Positions 1 to 10,582 of a stretch of DNA of 24,368 nucleotides are shown piece by piece (the first letter of the stretch is position 1; every line of letters begins with the position of its first letter). The translations under genes were made by a program, and so were the position numbers. The notes beneath the pieces were generated by a model. The model did no database searches. It saw only the letters and a program-made list of their open reading frames with translations, and was not told the origin of the DNA. Source of the DNA: Octopus sinensis (lineage: Eukaryota); NCBI RefSeq assembly GCF_006345805.1, contig NW_021836425.1, positions 1-24,368 of the forward strand, given 5' to 3'.

Positions 1-1147
1 TGATCCACATGGGCAGTCTATAACAAAGGATCGGGCGGTGGATGCCTCCCTGGAGAAAGCCACGTTTTGATGGTCATGTGTATGTGCTTCAGGCTCTCCT
101 ACACCGTTACCATCAGGAACTGATATATTATTCCCCTAATATCACCACCACCACCATCACCACCATCACTACAAACATACCACGTCTCCCAAGGTAGCGT
201 GCTCTTTGCTTTTGGTGTCTGCGCCGTCGGCGGCGCAGTTTCGTTGATAAGTTTGATAAAAAAAAATATCCGGATCTTGGTTTCTGAAAAGTGCATGAAT
301 TTTAATTCATTCAAGACTTTGGTAACAATACTCTTTGATAACATTATCCGTGATTATAATAAGTGGCTTCCTTTGTATTTTGATCAGGCTTAACTACTAA
401 TATATTCCTATATTTGTTATGCATATCACAAAAGGAGGAAAAATATAATTTTTTGTTGACCATTGATATTTTAAAGATCGAGTGTTTATAAACATCAAAC
501 ATATTGCACACACCACACACTCACACACTCAGATCTTCTACCTACCTACCTACCTATCTACTTCGTAATAAATCATACATACATACATACATACATACAT
601 ACATACATACATACATACATACATACATGGCGATTGCTCCATCTTATTATGATTGCCCTCCTCGTTGTGATTCCTCGTTGTCAAAAGCATTTCTGACTTA
701 CATCCACGACCTCTCAGGTGACCTATACCTTTCAGCTGCTTTTAACAGTGCACTTCGGATTGGTTAAGTGGAACATATCACCACTCTCCCATCGCCATAG
801 GACTTTTAGTTATGGAATGAGAAATGACAAATGAAATCACCACAAAGGGACATGTATATGCCATTCGAATACAGAAATAAAAGCTCTGAGTCCTTGTGAT
901 AAATATTTAGTGACAAGCCGAAATGAAATGACCAGTACACGCGTAAAACCGCAGCTTTTGCATCAGAGCGTTATGACACTATTAGGCGGGAGTCGCTAAC
1001 TTCCGGGGGAGTTTCTGTACATACTAATTTACCCATAGTTGGATCTTGACAAGTGTTACTGCTCTAAATCAGAGTAGATCTGGGGACAATTATCGCTTAG
1101 AGGTCGAACCAGGGCCCACCTACCGGTTGCAGTTTAATGTCATACAC

Positions 1148-1178
<31 letters not shown>

Positions 1179-1859
1179 TGTATGTATGTATGTATGTATG
1201 TATGTATGTATGTATGCTGTATGTATATTTGTATGTATATATATAATATATATATACACACATACTATAGCAGTCTATGAACTAAGTAGTTGCTCCATCC
1301 ACCTCGTATCATCTTACATTGGCTTATGTCTTAAATCTCACTAAGCATTTTGCTAAAACTTTTCCCTCTTAACGTCTACCCTCCCTGCAGTATCTTTCTT
1401 GTTCACATTTTTCCACGGCATTTTTTTGTGCACTTACTTGTTTAAGATGGATAACTATAAGATTGAACTGGTCAATCTTGGAGAGACTGCAAACCTGACA
1501 TACAAAAGCAATAATCGGTTTTCCACCCTTCTTGGGGTTTCCTCAAAACGCGTCATTTCACAAGTCCAAGTACCAATATGTTTATATACTGAACAAATCC
1601 AGTAGCCCCAGCAACTTCAGAGAATGGGAACTAATAAATTATATATTATAAATGCTTACTGTTTTATATCTGATATCAGCACACTTAGTTCTAAGGTGTG
1701 ATAAAATGTGTGTGCATATGTGGTATGTATGTATGTATGTATGTATGTATGTATGTATGTATGTATGTATGTATGTATGTATCTGTCTTTCTGTCTGTCT
1801 ATAAATCTATTTAGCTAGCTAGCTATCTGTCAGTATGTCTCTCTGTCTCTTTCTCTGTC

Positions 1860-1895
<36 letters not shown>

Positions 1896-1896
<1 letters not shown>

Positions 1897-2841
1897 TCCA
1901 CAGAAGCCCACTTGTTGCAAATACACTGTAGTTGTCTTCGCTGAGTGCGAGGGCGCATTATCTTCCTGAATATTATGGTTGTCTTGAAGGCGATCCTTTG
2001 CTTTATAAGCAAGGTTCAAGGTGTTCCACCAGAAAGGCCATTCAGGCAATTTCTAAGGACCAACCATAATACCTCCAATAATACCTGCCCAAATCATGAT
2101 GCCTCCTCCCCCTTGTTGGTTGGCGTCTCAAGCGTTGATGACGATCTCGTTCATTTACAACCCATCCCTTCTTTTACAACCCATCAGGTCCCCACCAAGG
2201 GTTGCACGAATTTCATCGGTAAACAAAACTTTTGAAAAGTTGACCTTCATTTTATCTTATGCTCATCTCAGATGATTTTGTATGTGCATTTTGTTTAAAG
2301 GGGTCGGTAAACCAGTGACATCACTGTGGTTTACTGACCTTTTTCAGAAGATGACCTCAGGTAGTTCTGAACACCGTAGTTTCGCTGCCTTCTTCAAAGA
2401 TTCATGCTTAATTCGTGACTGAGAACGTTGAGAAACAGCCCTCGAATAACACCTGTCGGCTCTCTTACGTATCTTCGTAAGAGCTGTAACAAATTTGTAC
2501 ACCGCTTGGTGATATCTTTGAATTATTTTAGATAGTTCTAATGTTGATTTACATTTTGTAAGTTCAGAAGTAATTACAGATTTCTCTGAAGTAGTTAAGT
2601 CACATTAAAACTCATAATTACACGATTATCAGACCGCTCGTAAATGATTTGGGACAGTGAAAGTTCGTCGAAATAACAGAAATGTCCGCGGTTTATGTGC
2701 ACTTGCGCAAAAATTTACGTTTTTTACACACCACGCGCATACAAATGTATTCAGTGGAAATTTTGCTGAATTCCAACGTGTAGTCTTTAAATAAAATAAA
2801 GTCTTTAAATAAAATAAAGAAATAATTTGAAACGGAGTGTG
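1896..2841 (-). mobile_element. Decayed Tc1/mariner-superfamily DNA transposon, TRT/Tc3-like transposase pseudogene, 3'-truncated
   Basis: Minus-strand translation across stops and frameshifts gives an N-terminal HTH region DLTTSEKSVITSELTKCKSTLELSKIIQRYHQAVYKFV, then MKVNFSKVLFTDEIRATLGG/GPDG (first Asp codon 2215-2217), QQGGGGIMIWAGIIGG, FLVEHLEP and QEDNAPSHSAKTT (second Asp codon 1960-1962). The order and motifs match TRT/Tc3-type transposases as I recall them (VLFTDE..TLDGPDGW, RRQQGGGGVMxWAGI, HDNAPSH). A TIR-like end CACTCCGTTTCAAATTATT sits next to TA at about 2821-2843. The C-terminus is replaced by (CT)n/(CTGT)n. Confidence 0.9.
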
Positions 2842-2857
2842 TATATATGTGTGTGTG

Positions 2858-2954
<97 letters not shown>

Positions 2955-3425
2955 GGACATAATTCTGTGATGGAAGTATAGGAAGGTTCAGTACTCTGAG
3001 GTGACTAATGGGGAGGAATGAATCTATTAGTCACCATACCACTGTAACAAATTGAACTTTCGAATATATACATATACATATTTACATACAAACACAGACA
3101 CTTAGAAAGAGAGACGGCGGAAGTATATATATATACATACCTACTCCTTTCTTATCTATTTGAATTTAATCACATGAAATTTACATTCCTGTGGAGAGAC
3201 TGCTAAATATATCTTTTTACTCACATACAATAAAGACACACTCACACACACACACAGACACAACACATATGCATTCGGACGTAGACAAACGCGCATGTAC
3301 TTGATCACAATGCATGGTGCAGCCTCCATGTGTTCATTCGATCTGCTAGACGTAGCAGCCAGCTCTGTGTCAAATCACACACACACACACACACATGTAT
3401 ATATCTGTATACATCTATCTGTCTG

Positions 3426-3511
<86 letters not shown>

Positions 3512-3731
3512 CATCTATCTATCTATCAATCTATCTATCTATATATATACAAATATAAGTATGAATACACACAACACACACACACACTAACACACACACA
3601 CACACACACAACACACATATATATATATTATATATATATATACATATTACTCTTTACTTGTTTCAGTCATTGACTGTATATATATTTATATATACATACA
3701 TATATACATATATACATATACACATATAATA

Positions 3732-3794
<63 letters not shown>

Positions 3795-3808
3795 TATATT
3801 TAAATATA

Positions 3809-3855
<47 letters not shown>

Positions 3856-3888
3856 AAGGGGAGTTGTGAGGTACCGCACGAGTGGAAT

Positions 3889-4171
3889 TATATATGAAAG
3901 AAGGTTTGAAAATGCAATTTTAAAAGATGTTTATTTACTTTACCGGTTTCACTTTTTTAGAAAAAGATTGTCAAAAGTAACATGAAAAACCTTGGTTGTG
4001 TTAGTTACTGGTTGTCACAAAATACTACAATACAGTATTTTGTGACAACCAGTAACTAACACAACCAAGGTTTTTCATGTTACTTTTGACAATCTTTTTC
4101 TAAAAAAGTGAAACCGGTAAAGTAAATAAACACCTTTTAAAATTGCATTTTCAAACCTTCTTTCATATATA
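3889..4171. repeat. Long inverted repeat: 138-bp arms (3889-4026 and 4034-4171) with a 7-nt spacer, probably an inverted Penelope-like element terminus
   Basis: Checked base by base. The arms are reverse complements except for one mismatch (A3927 opposite C4133). The spacer is ACAATAC. (TA)n tracts lie just upstream and immediately downstream. Confidence 0.95.
4080..4125 (+). ncRNA. Minimal type I hammerhead-ribozyme-like motif (Penelope-associated type), mirrored on the minus strand at 3935-3980
   Basis: Layout: stem I TTACTT (4080-4085) / AAGTAA (4120-4125); core TTGACAA (4086-4092) in place of CUGANGA; stem II CTTTTT/AAAAAG with a U.U closing mismatch; GAAA (4110-4113); palindromic ACCGGT stem III; GUA cleavage triplet (4117-4119). 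Confidence 0.55.
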
Positions 4172-4327
4172 TTATATATATAAGAGTAGAAAATGGATAT
4201 AATAACAATGGGAAACTCATGGTTTATGCTGGCATGTCTTTAATTAAATAGGTAACAAAGAAGTAAGAAGCAGAGATGAGGGTGGCATTTACGAGCGTTT
4301 CGATTTATATATATATATATATATACA

Positions 4328-4636
4328 TATATAGTTTTTATCTTTTACTTGCTTCACTAATTAGACTGCGACCATGATTGAGCAAAGTACTGGAGAATTT
4401 TTAGTCGAATGAATCTGTTTCATTACTCTTGTTTTAAGCTTTGTTCTTATTCTATCTGTCTCCGTTACGCAACACCAGTCGTCAAGCGGTGGTGAGAATC
4501 TAACACAAAATACAGAGACTCATACACACAGACACTCACACTCACACACACACGCACACATACACACAAACACACATGCACATGCACACACGCACACATA
4601 GGACACGTTTCTTTCAGCTTCCATCAACCAAATCCA
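4328..4636 (-). mobile_element. Degenerate SINE family B (3' part, central microsatellite and a middle fragment)
   Basis: Matches the better copies at 14375-14757 and 16378-16857 (TTTTACTTG..TCA..GACTGCG.CCATG; GTCAAGCG; TTTCTTTCAGCTTCCATCAACCAAATCCAC). A small 3' fragment of the same family is at 3647-3676. Confidence 0.7.
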
Positions 4637-5362
4637 CAACTGCTATCACTTCAATTACCCACGCCAACAACAACGCAACTACTACTACTACTAATACTAC
4701 TACCACTACTACTACTACTACTACTACTGAAACCTCTGTCATAGAAATATGGCCACCACCACCGATATCGCTAACAGCATTGGCAACCATCAGCGGCACA
4801 ACTACAACTAACACCACCACCACCACTATCACGAACACCAATCCACCAGAGCCACCACCACCAACACCACCACGATCATCATCATCACCACCACCATTAT
4901 AGACAGCAAAAGTCACTGCCACTACTACCACTATCGTCAACACCACCACCATCAACACTACTACCACCAGCAACACCACAATCATCATCACCACCCACTA
5001 TCGGTAGCACCAGTTCATCACTACCACCAAAACCATTATAGCCAGCCTCATTCACGACCACCGCCATATCGTTAACACCTGTACGTCATCCACCACCACC
5101 ACCACCATCACCACCATCACTACCATCACCACACTCACCATACAAATATGGCTACCGTCATAACTATCACACTCACTATCACCACCACCAACACCACTGT
5201 CAGCAGCTAATCCCCAAACCCGCACCAGTAACTAAGGGCCAACAGTTGTAAAACAGCCACTACTTCTCCCAACGTCACATCTATCCACCCCTCTCTCCGC
5301 AGCATCTCCACCACTAACACCAACACTAACACCACATTCTCATCATCATCCACTGTTACCAT
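4636..5362. repeat. Compound trinucleotide low-complexity tract (ACT/ACC/ATC/AAC)
   Basis: Alternating runs of ACT, ACC and ATC units. The Thr/Pro-rich and Val-rich ORFs here come directly from the repeat. Confidence 0.8.
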
Positions 5363-6139
5363 CATGAGCTTATCAAGATCGTATAGATGCATAATGGGGT
5401 CCTGAGTACGCTTGTAATGTTCCTGGTAGTGCTTGAGCCTACGGTGTGTACGGTTACATATGTGGATATATGCATGAGTATAAGTAATTGCATGCGTGAG
5501 CAATGTCTGTGTGTATCTGACGTGCATGCGCTTGTCTATGAATATATGCGTTGCTTTTTTTTGTTTTGCTTATCTGCATGTGTGTGTGTGTGGCGTATGC
5601 TTGCATGCGTGGGAGTGTATAACTGTGTGACACACATGTTCGTTATCAGTGACAGAGTATATACAATACATATTCCACCATTGAAAACAAACATAAATGC
5701 ACGCCAGCCACAAGAAAGTTACACAGAATAAAAAAAAATAAGAGAATAAAACACATATGTACATATATGTGTGTACACACACATACGCTCTCACACACAC
5801 ACACACACACACACACTTCAATCTTGCTTGCTTGCTTGCAATGTTACATGGCCAAACTGGCGAATAATGGGAAAATACTTTGAAAGTAAAGTGCCCTTGA
5901 AATATGAATACGAACGGAATAAAACAAGTTTCGCGTACATGGAATAAGTAGTTTGAGAGATATTCGGGGTTTTGATGTGTAAATACCCAAAACGGTGCGT
6001 ATTGAGGAAATACTCCAAAAATAACTTCACCCTGAAAGGCTAGAAACACTAACCTTTCCATTAGGCACATTATGATAAGCAAAATATTTTTAAATGAAAA
6101 TATTTTGTAAAAGACCCGTTCATAAACTCCGTGTGAAAT

Positions 6140-6858
6140 AGTCTTTTTTCCCATAGGTTTCTTTCGAGTGCATTCAACTTATCTCACCTCCAAAGATTTG
6201 GCTGCTATTTTCTCGGGGAAACTTTTATTTATTTCAAAGAACTACAAAATTAATCTGTTCCTGATTAGGATCTCCTGGTTTCAATTCACTTGTTGTAGCG
6301 CTCCAGTCACTTTGTAAAACCCCGTGGAAGTCTCGTAAGGTGTCTAGGATCCTTGCTAAAGTATATTTCATCCTTTCGGGCAGCATGTAGAACAACCAAA
6401 AGTCAAAATGAGCAAGGATTGAAAGGTAGGGACGGTAAGGGACAGTTTTGATCCCTCCCTCTGTCAAATAATTGGTTACTAGGATGGAATTTGGGATGGT
6501 GCAGTGTCCTGGTGCAAGTGTTCTGGGATTTTGAGATGAAATCTCTCTCTCTGAACTACCTCAAAACACCCTGAAAGTATTTTCTGTTGACCGTCTTACC
6601 AGAGGGAGGCTAGTGAATGTAGATGATGCTCTTACAGTTGAAAAATGAGTTCGTCATGAGAATCCCAGGGGACTTGCTTTGCCTGGCCTCTTCTACCAGC
6701 GAAAAGCAGATGCTCTGCTCATACAAGTTAATCCATTAGCAGTCTGGAGTATTTCATACGTTTCTGTAGAAAGAGAGCTTTCATATTGTTCACGTTCCGA
6801 CTGCATTCTGCAAGCTAATCACTTGATAGAAACAGTGTTTAGTAGAGTATGTTCAAAC
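6140..6858 (-). mobile_element. Internally deleted mariner element (transposase pseudogene)
   Basis: Minus strand: ATG at 6806, MQSEREQ..TETYEILQTANGLTCMSRASAFRW*KR, joined directly to EARQSKSPGILMTNSFFNCKSIIYIH*PPSGKTVNRKYFQGVLR*FRER, HLHQDTAP, ILVTNYLTEGGIKTVPYRPYLSILAHFDFWLF (degenerate YSPDLAPxDF), DFHG and ERYNK. These are mariner transposase motifs with stops and frameshifts. Confidence 0.9.
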
Positions 6859-6859
6859 A

Positions 6860-7092
6860 TTCTTATTTCTTTATTGCTCACAAGGGGCTAAACATAGAGG
6901 GGACGAACAAGGACAGACAAAGGGATTAAGTCGATTACATCGACCCCAGCGCGTAACTGGTACTTAATTTATCGACCCCGAAGGATGAAAGGCTAAGTCG
7001 ACCTTGGCGGAATTTGAACTCAGAGCGTAACGGCAGACGAAATACTGCTAAGAATTTCGTCCAGCGTGCTAACGTTTCTGCCAGCTCGCCGC
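6860..7092 (-). mobile_element. tRNA-derived SINE family A, full length
   Basis: On the minus strand: head GCGGCGAGCTGGCAGAAACGTTAGC, B-box GAGTTCAAATTCC, body and 3' end AGCCCCTTGTG..AATAAAGAAATA. Closely matches the copies at 17400, 18885 and 21868. Confidence 0.9.
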
Positions 7093-7714
7093 ATGTTCTT
7101 TGCCGCTATACGTTCGGTAAAACTTTACCCAACGTCGAACGGTTATCGACTGCTATTTCCAGCAAAAATTAGAACCTTGTTGTGCCACTATTTCCTATAT
7201 ACGTGTGTGTGTGTGTGGTGTGTGTGTGTGTGTGTGCGTGTGTGTGTGTGTGTGTATGTGTGTGTGCGTGCGGGCGGGCACGTGCTTGGGGTGTGTGTAT
7301 ACTTATATGATATAAATGTGCAGGTAAGCACCAGTGTACGTAATATAGAAGATTGAATATAGATATAACCTATATGTGCATCAACGGAAATGATTTAGCA
7401 GAAGCAAACCAGTGTAATTAGTGGCACGAATCTGAACAAGGAAGACGAATACAAATATATCAAGTACCATACAAAATACGTTGTTGATATATTACTTCCA
7501 GGGAAGATAAAACAAATCGCTCGATTGCAGTTGGAACCAACTCCAAACGAGGAGGGTGGTTGATAATGTTAAGAATCAATAATCCTCCAATTCTCCATAC
7601 TTTTAAAGAAAGGGTAGTTACATTGTTTGGAAACAACACTACAGCTAGGGACTCCTGTTTTAGCCACAGAAGAGGTTGCAATTACGTATGTTTTTATTCG
7701 AGTTTTATGTTCAA

Positions 7715-8104
7715 ACTAGCAGTATCGCCCGGCGTTGCTCGGGTTTGTAAGGGAAATAACTATAAAGCATTTTTAGAGAGTTATAGCCAAAAAATAAGAA
7801 AAAAAATGGAAAAAATAAAATGATGGTAAATTTTTTTGAGAGTTAAAAAGGTCGAGTTGCGTCCCCTAGACAGTCTGTGGTTTGTGTTTCTGATTCTCGA
7901 CCCCATGTCGAATTTTTCGATTTTTTTTCAGAACTGGGGGAACTTTTTAAAATTTTCGCTGCGTTAGTTTTGAATTATGACATTGGGCTATGTGTGTGTC
8001 AAGTTTCATCAGAATCGGTTGAAAGCCGTGGTCAGGGTGAGGGTACAACCTAACAGACACACAGACACGCAGACAGACAAACTGCCGTTTATATATAGAG
8101 AGAT
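7715..8104 (+). mobile_element. Non-autonomous Helitron/Helentron-like (HINE/DINE-1-like) element, copy 1
   Basis: Starts ACTAGCAGTATCGCCCGGCGTTGCTCGGG (5' hairpin CCCG..CGGG). Ends GTTTCATCAGAATCGGTTGAA..(ACAG)n..AAACTGCCGTTTATATATAG. A closely similar copy is at 13299-13675. The class call rests on architecture recalled from insect HINE/DINE-1 elements. Confidence 0.65.
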
Positions 8105-8153
8105 ACATACAACTGATTACACAGTTATTTTTCTTAGCTTTTTTTTTTTAAAT

Positions 8154-8484
8154 CAGCAGTTCTCAACCATATGATCTCCAAGGCTCTATATAAGATTTTT
8201 GGCGGTCCAGGCAACAAAATAGTAAATTGGGGACCCACAATAGTATTTTAAGGGTCCCTAAAAAATTTTGCTTTAGATGTATGCATTAATATGTATTGCA
8301 AGAAACTGCTAGGTTTCTTTTTCTCAGATTTTACGCAGTTCAACCTAGTAAGTTAATGTATGAGAAACAAAATAGGAATTTTAATAGAAGTTTCCGTAAA
8401 ACTAGTTTGTAGTCATCGAATGGCTTTGGTGATCCACCAGAATAAAATAGAAATCAAAGATGAAAAAATGGTTGAGAACCCTTG
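8154..8484 (+). mobile_element. hAT (Charlie-like) MITE
   Basis: TIRs CAGCAGTTCTCAACC and GGTTGAGAACCCTTG. The 8-bp flanks TTTTAAAT and GTTTAATT match at 6/8. The interior is homologous to 17829-18163 in reverse orientation. Confidence 0.8.
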
Positions 8485-8643
8485 GTTTAATTATGCAAAT
8501 TGACCACACTCCTTTCCCTATATATATATCCTTCTCTTTTCTTAGTGGTCAGACCATATGGGGTCTACATCTAGCATAGTGGATGTTCACTTAGTGGTCA
8601 TCCCTCTTATATGTATGTATATAATATATAATATATATATGTT

Positions 8644-8681
<38 letters not shown>

Positions 8682-8742
8682 CATATATACATACATACAT
8701 ACACACATACACACACACACATACATGCACACACACACACAG

Positions 8743-8795
<53 letters not shown>

Positions 8796-8806
8796 CAACT
8801 ATGTAC

Positions 8807-8964
8807 AGGAGTGGCTGTGTGGTAAGTAGCTCGCTTACCAGCCACATGGATCCGGGTTCAGTCCCACTGCGTGGCAGCCTGGGCAAGTATCTTCTACTAT
8901 AGCCTCAGGCCGACTAAATCCTCTTTAGTGGATTTGGTAAACGGAAACTGAAAGTAGCCCGTCG

Positions 8965-9034
<70 letters not shown>

Positions 9035-9604
9035 ATTAAATTAGAGATAAAACCACTATTAGACAAATCAAACAGTGAAAAACATAAGCCATACATAAAA
9101 TTAATTTAAAAATATAAAAGTTAAAAATTAAAAAATTATTAAAATAATTTAAACTGATTCCAACATCACCATCAAAATACAGGTCCAGATACTGCAAAAG
9201 CTTGGGTTTCAGAGGACCATAGCTCTTTAACATCCTCCCTAAATGCCTGAGAGACTTACATGGTGTGGATGTGGGTTTCTTTAAAACTAAACTGGATCTC
9301 TTCTTGTCGGGAGTCCCAGATGAACCTACCTCACGACAGGAGACGCGGATGCGGGCAGCGGCATCGAACTCCCTTGTTGATCAAGTGCCACGTATCAGAG
9401 GTGGATTCACAAATTAGTGTAGCACATTCAGGGATGGTGCCCCAGCATGGCCGTGGCCTTCGGGCTGAAACATTTTTAAGGATTTAAGGATTTATAAATA
9501 TATATATATGTTTTTGCGTATGGGTTTGTCGCCCCCACGATCGCTTGACAACCGGTTCAGCAAAAGAAACCGATACAATAAATACTAGGCTAACAAGGAA
9601 TAAG
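8807..9604 (+). mobile_element. SINE family B split at its central (TA)n/(TG)n by inserted DNA (5' half 8807-8965; 3' remnant about 9512-9604)
   Basis: The 5' half has the tRNA-like head AGGAGTGGCTGTGTGGTAAG..GGGTTCAGTCCC and ends AAGTAGCCCGTCGT. The 3' remnant contains ATCGCTTGACAACCGG and GATACAATAAATACTAGGC. Confidence 0.75.
9159..9494 (+). mobile_element. 5'-truncated CR1/L2-like LINE: RT C-terminus, 3' UTR and (TTTAAGGA)n tail
   Basis: Translation LGFRGP*LFNILPKCLRDLHGVDVGFFKTKLDLFLSGVPDEPTSRQETRMRAAASNSLVDQ resembles the C-terminal end of CR1/L2-group ORF2. The element ends GGTGCCCCAGCATGGCC..GCCTTCGGGCTGAAACA followed by TTTAAGGA repeats. Confidence 0.8.
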
Positions 9605-10582
9605 CATGCATAATTACACAATTTAGATTTAATCTGTATGCGACGTAACCAGCTTTTAAAACTTCCTGTAAAGTCTTCCATATACAACTCATTATCATCA
9701 TTATTATTACTAACGAAATAATAACTAATTTATGAACAATCACTCCTGTTTTATACGCACATACATATACACATACAAATTCATATATGTGTTTTAGTAT
9801 GTTTATGTACATATTTATTTTATAAATACATCAAGACACATGTACGTATCTATCTATGTACTTATGTATGTATGTATGTATGTATGTATGTATGTATGTA
9901 TGTATGTATGTATGTATGTATATATACATACTTACATGCATATATATATATATACATATATATATATACATATGTGTGTGTGTAATAAGTAAGAATGCGT
10001 CAAATAAGTATATAATAGATACAGACAATTAACGCTCACACCGGACAATATACACCTGAAAGCCAGTGTCAGACGAAGGATGATGGAATCTAGGCAAACG
10101 AGAGTGGACTGTAGGAAAGGTACCAGTCATATTCTAATATCGCAGATAAAATATATGAGGATCGAAAGAGTCCTTCGTAGTAATTCTCATAGGAAGAGCT
10201 CATGTTCGAACCTCACAAATTAGAGAGAGGAAAATATGCGCCATTCTTTACAGCTGTTTCCGGGGTTTGCTGATCAATAAGTATTTTGCATGGTATGTAT
10301 ATATAAGTGAAGCAAAGTGGTGTCAGCGAATGTATACGAAATATCACATTATTTTGACATTCATTCCCGGGAAGAAATAATATTTTAGCGTTCGGGGGAA
10401 CTAAATTCGTATAAATATTTCATTCTGGTGATGGGGTGAGTTTTAATGTAATTTAAATTAGTGCTATTCATTGACAGCAATTCATTTTATGTGCGTGTAC
10501 ATACAATACACAATATGCATTATTTTAGTAATAATGAAATAAATAAAAAGAAAAATGACGATAATAAAAATAAAAATAATAA

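Noticed and set aside
1-119. Stop-free minus-strand frame (PDGNGVGEPEAHTHDHQNVAFSREASTARSFVIDCPCGS) after a TATCAG acceptor-like site
   Set aside because: There is no polypyrimidine tract, I recognise no protein family, and a 40-codon open frame is expected by chance.
1446-1605. Pyrimidine-rich tract plus AG before ATG GAT AAC (MDNYKIELVNLGETANL...)
   Set aside because: There is no good donor and no recognisable domain, and it ends in a stop. It cannot be supported as an exon.
2983-3060. Imperfect hairpin with a 10-bp core GGTGACTAAT/ATTAGTCACC (3000-3035), possibly miRNA-like
   Set aside because: The outer pairing is broken by a large asymmetric bulge, and I recognise no miRNA sequence.
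4576-4994. Mucin-like Thr/Pro ORF and antisense Val-rich ORF
   Set aside because: Both are translations of trinucleotide low-complexity DNA that starts inside a SINE remnant. No signal peptide or splice context is visible.
10064-10111. Hammerhead-like layout CAGT..CAGACGA..GCAAAC-GAGA-GTG-GACTG
   Set aside because: At least three core positions deviate, including a G at the cleavage site, and stem II is weak. It is too degenerate to call.
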